Part shown: positions 25,801 to 37,800 of the stretch, piece by piece
How positions within the stretch are numbered: position 1 is the stretch's first letter
Layout of the letters: every line of letters begins with the position of its first letter
Program-made: the position numbers and the translations under genes
Origin: Podarcis cretensis
Lineage: Eukaryota
Direction: 5' to 3'
DNA length: 64,000 nucleotides
NCBI GenBank assembly: GCA_951804945.1
Contig: OX638160.1
Location: forward strand, 27,528,001 to 27,592,000
The notes under the pieces: model-generated
What the model was told of the DNA's origin: nothing
Database searches by the model: none
Seen by the model: only the letters and a program-made list of their open reading frames with translations

Positions 25801-28800
25801 TACCTTTTCATGAAGGTTGTCTTGTTTTTCCTTTGATACTTTGCTGTTTAGATTGTATGCGTGAGCATTCATTTGTGCTTTGCATTGTACATTGTCAATC
25901 TACATGGAGATTATTTGGAGAGGTTGTGAGCTTTTTGCTTGGTTCTGCAATCTTGAGTGAATGAATGAAAAAGGATCTACGTAGATTTTAAAAACACTGC
26001 ATACTGCTGTGCTAATTACTTATCTTAGACACTCCTTTAGACTGTACAACCTTGTACCAGTTTGACTTTCTTGATTTAATTCTACTCTTAGCATTTTTGC
26101 TTTTCAATGAGAGCTAACTGGTGCATGTTTTTTTGCTTTATATTGAAACAATTTTTGTTTGTCTAGAATTTAAAAAGTTCCCATTTTAATGCTAAAACTC
26201 AATCCTTTGGATTGGTTGAATAGTCTCAGAAGAGAATATTTACCTGAGATGTGTGGCACATGGATTCTTTTGCTTTCCTTTCGTTCACCTTCTGTCTTGT
26301 ATTACTTTTTCAGATGCTTTGCCCACATGTATGCCCATTTAGTATTCCATGTTTATTTTTATGGAATATTGCAGAAAAATCCTAAAATTGTGCTGTCGTT
26401 TGATTAAAGTGGTATTGTGTACCAGAATATACCTGAGTGGAACTACAGAGGTCAGGGATTTATAAATGCCAGACATTGCATCTTTTGCAACTGGTAGGAA
26501 CAGATTACAGACTTGGAAGAGCATTTGCTATGCTTTGGGTGTGGGTAGAAGCTTTTAAAAATGACTTGAATGTGGATTTTAATAGTGGCAACTACCGTAT
26601 TTTGTACAAAGTGGTAACTGTCAGCACTCCTTTGTTCAGAATTTTTAACTAGGTGAAGCTTGTTAGGTGTTTTTTTTTAAGATATGGCAGTATTTAATTG
26701 TTTGTAGACTCTAAATCTTATATTGAAGTGTAAGGTCCATCAAGTTTGACAGGAAGAGAGAGGCTTTGGATCTCTCCTGGAGAAGGTTCCAGTCCTTTCC
26801 CAAATCCATTACTGTTCAGTCACCATTACCTTCATCACTGAGGCCAGTGGAACTGGCAGAGCAAAGGGTTGCAACAAGGTCTGCTTTATTTCTGCAATAT
26901 TTCTAGTATTGTCTCTGAATTCTGCAGTCTGCTTATATATAGTCCAGTTTTTATTAAAACAGTTCCAAAATCTTCCTCTGGGGAAAAGCTTTAGAATGGG
27001 GGACAGGAGAGTTCAGTTTAAACCTCTTTAAAAATAGAACTTTTAAAGGGCCATCAAATATTCACCTTTTAAAGTGTTAATTAGGGAAACAATATTCCTG
27101 GTCAATAAATATGTATTCTTTTACACAATTGTACTTAGAAAGCTATGCTGGAAACACCAGGAGCAGAATGTATCTTTTAGTGTTTCTCCAGAATAGCTGC
27201 TGCTGATATGAACCATGTTAATACTACAATTTCACCTCCTTTAGTTACAAGAATTTGAGGCTGCTATCAAAAAAAGAGATGACATTATCACACAGCTCAC
27301 TGCTAATCTGCAACAAGCAAGGAAAGAAAAGGATGAAACAATGAGGGAATTTTTGGAATTGACTGAACAGAGTCAAAAACTGCAAATTCAGTTTCAACAT
27401 GTAAGTTATTGGTAACAAAATTTATTAGCCTTGAAGGCAGTGCCAAAATACATACAAGGCAGCCTGTCTCCTCTTCCATTGGGAAGTCCTGCTTCTGAAG
27501 GATCAGTGTGATATATTGATGTCTCCCACTGCCCACCCCCCACACTGTGCAGGGATTAGTCCCAGTGAATAAAGTGGGACTTACTTCAATGCATACTGTT
27601 TGCAATTCTGTTAAAGCTAATAAATTTTGTGGGCTTATTTATGAGGTTGTTCTGAAGGTGTGGCCAATAAATTGGCTTGCGTCATCACACTACAGGTTAA
27701 CTGCTACAGCTTGGCTTATACTTTTTGTTCCTTGTAATTTGGGCACTATGGAAAGAGAATGTATATCCGACATAATGCAACCTTTATTGGGACAAATAAT
27801 TTTGTCTCATTGCATCCAAGACAGTTTGCTTCACAAAAATGACCCACAAAAATACAGTGGCAGAAAGGCTGAGCGGGCCCATATTGTACTCCAGGCTTGC
27901 AGAGAGTAACAACATTAATTCTCTAGAATACAACGAATGTGCTGCTTTAATGGAAAAGAAATGAAGAATGCTAATTGGCTCCAACCACCATATAATTTGA
28001 TAATTGTTATTCAAGCAGTTGATCTTTAATAAGTAATTCTGTGTATAAGTTGCAGGCAAGTGAAGCTTTAAGGAACACTAGTCATAGCAGCACGGCTGCT
28101 GACTTACTGCAAGCAAAACAGCAGATCCTTGCATATCAGCAACAGCTAGAAGAACAGGAGCAGCTATTGAAGAATTATCAAGTGAAAAATGAAGACTTTG
28201 AACTGCAAGTTTCCCTTCTGCAACAGAGAGTCACTGCCTTCGAAATGGTATATTTCTCATTAAGCTTGTGTTTTTAGAGATACGTGGTGATGGTTGAAAA
28301 GAGATATAATCTCTTTGCCTCAAGTGTATAGGATTATCTAATTGTTACAGCATGCAAACACGGGAACACACTGCGTATTTGTGTGAGTGCTTCCTTTTAG
28401 AATTATTGAAAAATTGTTCTAAACCACTGTGATATATTTCTATGGTACTGCAGTATATAAATATGTTGACAACTAAATAAACAAATTAAATATATGCAAC
28501 CTCAAAAAAAACTGAAATGAATTTGGACCTCTCAGAATATCATATATGGAAGATACCTTGATGCCATATAAATGGTCGAGAATTTATCAGTTCTTATGCA
28601 AAATTTGACCAACTTCATTGACAACCATCAAAGCCAGTGTTGAACTAGATTTTCATGTTTTTGTGTCTTTTTGTAATATATTAATAATACATGTTGTTTG
28701 TGTGTGGGGGATCTTATAAGATAGATGTGATGGGTATAGTCATTCTAGTTAAATTGTGTGTTGCTCCCGAATACATATAAAAAAGGATGGTGGGGACCAA

Positions 28801-31800
28801 AGGGAGTCTAATGTTTACATTTAAATGGTTGTGTGGGTAGCTGAACCTTCCTCCACCTTACTTTCTCACCTCAGATACTATCACTACTGCTATTTTTCCT
28901 TCTCCTCCTTCTGCTCCCGCTCCCAATCTGTTCATCATAGGATTCCTAACCTGGGTCATTTCCAGTATGCTTATTCTTAATATTTATTGGTCATTTTCCT
29001 CACAAAAGTGACCCAGAGTGAGTTATCAAAACAAGTTGGGAGATGATTCAGGGAAAGGATTCTGCTCATTTCTCTCATTTCCCTTTTCGTGAAGTAAATA
29101 TTAGATTATCTCCCCACCACACACACACACATACATACATACACAATGGGACAGGCACATGAACAGTTAATGGCTTTAAGTTAAATTTGATAACGTAAAG
29201 TAAAAAGAAGCACATTGTACATACGGTAGGCATCTATTTAAAATAGTGTGTATATGCTTTGGAAATCACTCTATATGCTGTCCTCAGAACATGCAGAAAA
29301 TGGGCAATACCACTTGAAATCATTTTGTTTTGTTTTTATAAAGCAGTAAGTCAAATATGGTAATTCAAGAAATCAAAGCAACTTATTTCTATTACAGGAA
29401 AAATGCAAAACAGAGGAAGATTTTACTAAGAGAAAACTACGGGAAAAAGAAACAGCTATTGAAGAATTGGAGGCAAAAATTTTAGAAGAGGAAGAAAATA
29501 TATTTATTCTTCAGAAAAAACTGTCAGCTGCTGAGAACTCACTTGAAGAAGTAAAAGAAGAGATCTTGCAAAAGAATCAAGAAATACAGAATGTGAGAGT
29601 AGAATTAAGCAGCTCTAAACAAAAGGAAAGGCAATGTTCTGATGAAATAAAGCAATTAATGGGAACTGTGGAAGAGCTACAAAAACGATATCACAAAGAT
29701 AGCCAGCATGACAATGATATTGTAGAAAGAATGGAACTTGAAGCACAAAGGAGACTTGCAGACCTCAGAGCAGAATTGGAGGAAGTTCATGGGCAGCAGA
29801 TTGTGCAAATGAAGCAAGAGTTGGTTAGGGAACATACAATGGAGATTGAAAAGCTTCTAGCCCAACAAAAAGCAGATATGGAGAGAACGTTGAGTTTACA
29901 CTCTGCTAATACTAATGAAGACCAGTTGCATTTAATGAATATTGCAATTAACGAGTTGAACCTCATGCTTCAGGAAGCTACTTACCAGAAAGAAAAGGTG
30001 AGGCAAGATTTATCACAGCAGCTTGAAATATTATCCTCAGAAAAGTCTGCTCTGCAAAATAAAGTTGAAGATCTTTGTCAAGAGCTGGACTTTGCAAGAG
30101 AGCAAATTCAGAGAGCCAAGCAGACCATAAATGAGAGAGAATCAAAGTTACATGAAGTAGACCAGTTACAAATCACTACCGCAGAATTAAAAGCACAACT
30201 TGCTGCTGCATCTGAGATCAGGGAAGAATTAGAAGAGAAACATGAGGCAGAAGTTACAAATTACAAAATAAAACTTGAAATGCTAGAAAGAGAAAAGGAT
30301 GCAGTTTTGGGCAGGATGGCTGAATCTCAAGAAGCTGAACTAGAGAGACTGAGGACTCATCTTTTGTTCAGTCATGAAGAAGAGCTATCAAAACTTAGAG
30401 ATGATCTACAGCAAGAGCACAGAATAAACACTGAAAATCTTAAAGATAATATGATTATGCAATCGAAACAGCAGTTGGATGACTTACAAAATGAAATGAG
30501 CAAAAAGATGGAAGCTATGCAATTTGAAAATGAAAACTTAATAGCAAAGCAGAATGAGCTCACGTTAGAAATAGCAAGGCTAAAAGATTTGCAGGAGTCT
30601 ATTGTAAATTCTAAATCTGAAGAAATGATGCTTCAGATCCAAGACCTCCAAAAAGAGATAGAAGTGCTTAGACTAGGAGAAAAAGAAAAGGGTACACTGG
30701 AGCAGGAAGTTCAGGTGTTGCAGCTGAAAACAGAATTATTAGAAAAGCAAATGAAAGAACGAGAGGATAGTCTTCAAGAAAAATGTACCTTACTTGAAAC
30801 ACAAAAAAATTTTCTTGAAGACAAAAGCAATGCTCTGAAAGAGAAGCTAAAGAAGTATGCTATTAAGAATACAGAAGAAAGCTTCCCTGATGGCATTAGT
30901 TCCGAGTCAGAAGAATTTGATTTGCAAAACAGAATAGACAATCTGATAGCAGAAAATGAGAAGCTTGTAAAACAAGATATTGAACTTAAAGAAGAGATTG
31001 AGAGGCTACAGAATTCCTTTTCATTTGCTGAGCATAATTACCAGGAACTCCAAAAAACCCATGCTTCTCTACTAGAGGTAAAATTAGATTTAGAAGAGAG
31101 CAAGGACAAGCGAGAAGCAGAATATGAAGCCAAGCTCCGGGCTTTGACAGAAGAGATCCAACATTTACAAGGAGATACATCAGTTGTACTGAAAAGTCAA
31201 AGTACGATTGTTTGTGGTAAGAGAGAGAAGATCCTAAGATCAGAAACATTTGATGTTGAGGAGGTTGTTGAAAAAGACACAACAGAGCTTATGGAAAAGC
31301 TTGAGGTCACTCAGCGTGAGAAGCTAGAACTTTCACTGAGACTTTCTGATCTTTCCGAACAATTGAAATTAAAGAGTAGTCAGATATGCCAATTAAATGA
31401 AGAAGTTAGATCTCTAAAACAAGATAAAGAGCACATGTCAGTGAAATGTAAAGAACTAGAAGTGCTAGTCAGCCACAGACTGGAAGAGAATATGAACTCA
31501 TGTGAACATGAGACAAAATACCCCAATGGGGGGCTACAGACAGACCACCCCAGAGTTTGTGAACACATAGGCTTTGTTCCTGATTCATACAAAGACTATG
31601 ACAAAGCTATAAGAGAGGAGAAACTGATAGCAAACCAGAGTGTGGTTCATCATGTTCCAGTGGAAGAGACAATTGAACATTCAATATCAGAGCCAGAATC
31701 ACTGCTGGATAACTTTCACCAAATGAATGATGGGCTAGCAGGAGGCTCTTCGTGTCTGAACCATTTGCAAAGTGAAAGTGAGCTTCAGGAGCAGTTGGAT

Positions 31801-34800
31801 ATGCTGAAATCTGAACAGGTATTTATGGTAACCCACACAATTAACATTTCCGCTATGCTTGCGTCTCATCAGCTAATACGTCTCCGTGTAATCCTATGCA
31901 TATTTACCCATAAAAAAGTCCTGCTGAACTCATTAAAAAGAGTGGCTGTGCTTTGAAATTGAGAACGTTCCCTCTAAATCAATCCAGTCGCTATTAGGAC
32001 TAGTAAAGAGTCAGCATTTTCTGTCAAACGTTACAGCCTTGCGGATAAATGTGATTTGAATTTTTGCAAAGGAAACATGGTTTCTTAGTATGGTACATAG
32101 TGAACAACGGAGTGAACAGCAGAGAAGTGGGACTGGGAGTGGGAGAGATGTGGCAATGTTTGGTAAGAACTTTGGTATTCAGGTTTTCTTTTAATTTTGC
32201 ATGATTGATTGAAGTCTTGTAAAATAAGCTCAAATGCTGATTTGCCGACGTTTTGATGCTACGTTTAAAGCCATTCATTAGAAAAACGTTTATTGATATC
32301 CTCATACGATGCCCATCTCTACTTAGAGCGATTTAAAACTGCAGATGGAAGCCCAGCGCATTTGCCTGTCTTTGGTTTACTCGGCTCACGTGGACCAAGT
32401 GCGCGAATGCATGGAAAATGAAAAGGAGAATGCGCTCTCTGCTCTTAAAGAAGAGCTCCAGTCCCATCATGCACAAGAACTGAATGAACTTAAGAAAAGC
32501 CAACTAGATCTTCAGAACGTTAAAAATCAAAACTTAGGTAAAGTGGTGAAGGGGAGGAAAATTCTTTTTGAAGTTTTAAATATGAGGCAGTACTTTTGTA
32601 TTAGTAGTTGGTTTTAGTTTGGCAGCAGTAGACCATTGCATACATTATTATGGTGCTCATGATGTAGCACGTAAAGCAGGTTTTTGGTGTCTTCTTATTT
32701 TAATTTTGTGATTTCTGATTTAACATTTGTATCCGGTTTAAACAGATTCGACCTTAAAAAGCAATGCTGTAGTTTGTTTGTTTTTTACATAAGATGCTAA
32801 GGTATACAAATGCAGAACTCTGACTCCCAATCTGAGGCAGGCATTTGGTTTAGCAAATTCCAACCAGCAGATTATCTCAAGATTTTACTTTGTGCAAAGT
32901 GGTTGGTTTATTCTTTCTGCTTCCTCTCATGAGTGAGAAAGGTTATCATGTGGGATTTGGTTGCTCCTTAGGAAATGCCAAACTTCAGAAGAAGTAGCTA
33001 GGTGTCCAACGTTGATAGGCTTCAATTCATTTCCTGCCTTTGCTTGGAGGCATCTCTATGTTTCCTTGACCTTCCACTGTTGTCTTCTAATTTCACTGGT
33101 TGGTGGCTGTAATAAATAAATCATTCAACTGATTGCTCTGCTTTGTATTTTGAATTTTATTATAGTGTATAGATAAAACAGACCCAAATATCTGTCTTTA
33201 TTGTCCCCCTTTCTCAAATTGTTGGAAAGCATTCTAAAATAAATAATTTTCAGTGATGGTTTATCTTCACAGATGAAGAAGGCCAGTCTCCATGGGTGCA
33301 TCTAGAAAGGCTTAGCAAAACAGTAGCTGAAGAATGTTCTAAGCTCACTCAGGTGAGAAGCATTTTACCCATTTTACCACAAATCATTTGCAAATCCTGT
33401 GTTCTTTCATCTATTAAAATTAAACCAAAAGTTCCTTTATTGTGTGCACTTGTGGATTCCTACATCTCACATGAGAACGATATGGGCAAATCTCTTAGGA
33501 TTGTTGAATTGTGGATCTACCGCTTGCTAAATTCTCTTCATGCCCATTTTAGGAGGAAGAATCAAGATGTTATAATGGTTTTATTGACCTCATCCTGTTT
33601 GCTTGATACCGTCAGATGCAATAGGAATATGTTTAACTTTCTTCCTTTGTTTATAGTCCCTTTGCAGCGTTCAACTTGAAAATGTTTCACCTGCTGTTAA
33701 ATCTGGTGCTGGGGAGAGAGAACAATCGAACTCAATGTTAATATCAAGAGCAGAAGCTCAAGGTAACAAAAAACACAAATCTTAATTTTATAGCCCTGTC
33801 TTTTATCTCCTTGGTAGCAGTTGTAAACATAGAAATGCTGCTTTTATCTGAGGAGCAACTTGGAGCTGAAGCTAGCACTGGCTGGAACATAGCAAGGCTG
33901 GGAGTTTGCTATGTAAACAGCTAGAGAAATCTCTTTACCAGAGTTCAGCAGGCAGTGGATGGCACAGGAGCAATTGGAGCAGTGATATTCTAGCAGAATG
34001 TTAGCTTTCTAGATGGGATTCAGGAAGCCTTGGAGGCCATAGCTGTGGGCAAAGGGGCAGGAAAGAGGCTTGAGAAGTCTAAAGGGAGACTTTAGGAAAG
34101 GGTTCCGTGACCATGAGAATTCTACAGCAAGTTAAAAATTGTTATGATCCAATGGGAAAAGTAAGCAGCATAACTCCATGGTAAAATACTTGGGGTGAAT
34201 CATCAGAGCTGCTTGAGAGAATAAAAAAGGCAAGGTAAAAAGAATATACAGTGGTACCTCAGGTTACATACGCTTCAGGTTACATACGCTTCAGGTTACA
34301 GACTCCACTAACCCAGAATTATTACCTTGGGTTAAGAACTTTGCTTCAGGATAAGAACAGAAACCGTGCTCTGGCGGTGTGGCAGCAGCAGGAGGTCCCA
34401 TTAGCTAAAGTGGTGCTTCAGGTTAAGAACAGTTTCAGGTTAAGAACGGACCTCTGGAACGAATTAAGTACTTAACCTGGAACGAATTAAGTACAGGTAC
34501 CACTGTACTACATTTTCTAAAAACATAGCAGTAGAATGCCGTTTAATATAATGTTTATAGAAAGAAAAGAAATGAATACACTAGAGCAACACAATAATTG
34601 TGTTTGATTCATTCTCTGCCTTTAGCTTTGCAAGGAACCCTGCAAATTCTTCTGAGCAAGATAATGGAAGAGTATCACAGATTACTGGACTATCATTCAA
34701 AGTTTGTGAAAGACAGAAAAAAGGTAGGTTGCCTTTTGCTTGTATCCTAGACAGAATTAAGGAGCAAGCTGCTTTTCTGAGTTACACGTGCATAACACTG

Positions 34801-37800
34801 CATTGTAAATATCACTGATGGTAAGGGAAGTACTTATTCCCATAGTTCATAGTTAAACTATGGCACTTGCTTCCCAAAGCAGTGGTGATGGTCACCAGCT
34901 TGGATGGCTTTAAGGAGAATGAAACAAGGCAATTAATGGCTAATGCTGATGAATGCTACATTATATTTCCGTTAATGGAAGGCAGTATGCCTCTGTATAC
35001 CAGGTGCTGTGAACCACAAGTGGGGAAATGTGCTGTTGCACACAGGTGCTGCTTGCGGGATTCCCACAGGAATCTGGTTGACAACTGACAACAGGATGCT
35101 GAGCTAGATGCATCTTCTCTTATGTTATTTAAGGATAGAATATATATTTTTGGAAATTCAGTGGGGCTTGCTTCAGAGTATACATGCACAGAAATGAAGG
35201 CACCGAAGACTGTTGACATAATAACTTAAGGACAACCAAAGAGCTATTGAGTTACAGATAGGTAGCCGTGTTGGTCTGCCATAGTCAAAACAAAATAAAA
35301 AAATTCCTTCCAGTAGCACCTTAAAGACCAACTAAGTTAGTTCTTGGTATGAGCTTTCGTGTGCATGCACACTTCTTCAGATACCAAGAGCTATGAGTTA
35401 GATATATATACATTTCAGTGGCAATATAGTTTTATCACAACTTCGAAACTGTCCACATTTATGCAGAATTCAGCAAGATATACAAAAAGTAAAATGTTAG
35501 CAGCAATTTTAGAAAGAAAGTTAATGTTCCATGTCTCCCATTTGGTTCTATTTAATTTTCTCCAGCTTGAAGAGCAAGAGGCATCATTTGCAGAATACAA
35601 TGGAAAAGAAAGCGACTGTCTTCAACAGAGTGTAGAATGTTTACCTACTCCGTCACAGGATCTTGCTGGTAAAGATATACATTTAAAGTCAAATTAGAAG
35701 ATCTGTGTAATATAAGCAGACAAATCCATTTAAATCAGTTACAAAGCCACCGACCCTTCCCATATTGGGCAAGTCTCAAAATGTACATGGGGTGGGGGAG
35801 CACTGAAGAAATTCTAGAGTGAATAAACTTGCCTAGTGCTTTGAGGGTGTGGAATGAAAAAATAACGCTGACAACTCATGTGAAATATGGAGGTACCGTT
35901 TTGATCTGGGTACTGCATGTATGCTAGTTGAGGAGCAAGAATGGGGAGAAAAGAAAACTCTCACCACAGCTGACGACCAGGGGCCACTCTCTTCTGAAGG
36001 TACCTCTGTACCTGAATCTGGGCTTGATTCAGTATCTTTCTACCTTTAGAACATGCCCTGACACCGCTGGTAGTGCTGGCCCATCTTGATGAGGGCCCCA
36101 CTCAGTTGTCATTCTCGGGCTGAGAACCCTGAAAGTCGGATGCTACTGAGAAGCTCATGTGAATTCCTAAACCCTTTGGAGTGATTGCTAGTACCACCCC
36201 AAACAAATTGTATTTGTTGTAAAAGGAAATGTTGCTCTGGTATCATTGCTTCCCCACCCCCACCCCCACCCCGGTTTATGCATACGGTATGTTTAGAATT
36301 ATTGTTTGATTTGTTCATACATAGATCTTAAAGTGAGGTCACCCTGTTGGGAAGACATGGATAACTTTAAAACTCGACTTGAAGAACAACATGCTCAGGA
36401 AGTGAAGCGCCTCAGATCATATTTCCATCAGCAGTTGAAAGAAACTGAGGAAAGATATACTGCAGAGATAGTCCACTTACAAAGCAGACTCCAAGATGCC
36501 AGTGTGGCTTCCGATTGCTTCAGGTACCTATGATTTTGGCTTTCCCCTTTTTTTCAACAACAAAAGCTACAGCAGAGATCACACAAGCAATTTTGTTCCA
36601 TAGCTAAAAATGAGTTTGCTCCCCACCACCATTTTGGTATATGACGGGGGCGTTTTGCTTTCTCCTCAAGGATTTCCCCATTTGCAACCATATTGTCTTA
36701 TAAGCAAAAGAAAATGTGGTGGTTTCTTCACCTGTATAGGATCAGTGAACAGAGACTGCTGTTGGGAGAATGATGGTGCAGGTTGCCTCCACCACTTCAG
36801 ACCATGATTTCTGAATGATTTGTGAAGGGGTGTGTGCTATGACGTTGTTTGTAAAACAAAAGCTTTGCAGGCAGAAAGTCCCAGTTCAATCCCTGGCATC
36901 TCCTGTCTGAAACTCTGCTACCCTTCAATACCACTGCTGAGGACTTGGAAACAACTGGAATCAGATAAACCCAAACCCTGAAAAGTAAATCTTTCCAGTC
37001 TAAGATGCACTCAATATCATATTATTATCGTTATTACTTTAAATTTCTTACCCATCCTTCATCATGACGTCCTACAGGCCTGGTTACAATTTAGAACTAT
37101 GATATTAAAATCAGTTTCTAGTAGATTAGGAATAGAATCCCCAGGGGTCCAGGAACATCCTATTCAGGGAAACTACAGGGACAAAGAACACTGTTGAACA
37201 CCAAGGCAGAACATTAGTCCATCAAATTCAATGTTGTGCAATGCAAATTGAACACAAATTGTTGTAACCTGCCCTGTGAGACCTCACGGTAAAGGATGGG
37301 TAAGAAATTTAAAATGATGATGATGATGATGATGATGATATGATATTGAAAGTCTGGGTTTATCTGACTCCACTTGTTTTCAAATCCTCAGCAGTGGTAT
37401 TGCTTAGCCAGAGAATCAAGAAGGAACAAGAACATGAGGGAGATAATCATGGTTTCTCTGCTCCACAAAACAGCTGATAACCAGAACAAGTACAATGCCA
37501 TTATTATCATTGTTGCATGTTGATCATAGAGAACAGGAGCACTGGGGGAAAGATTGAATATCACTCCGACCCAGACTCTGAGCTTTTAAGAACTGCAGAG
37601 TGATAATGAATAGGGCATGAGAGAGATCATCTGCTGCAGTGTGAGTCCTGGCCCTGGGGAAATTGAAAACACCTGGTTTCCAGCTTCCGCAGGATCTAGA
37701 GAAACAGCAGGAACATAAAAGCACAAGGGATGGGGCTGAATATCAACAACAAACACCAGTCCCTCCCTTGTGTGTCTTTGCTGCTTGAGCGCTAAAGAGC

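Noticed and set aside
31819-31956. 46-codon read-through of exon 8 into the intron
   Set aside because: The canonical donor at 31818 joins exon 9 in frame; the extension is low-information and there is no nearby AATAAA.
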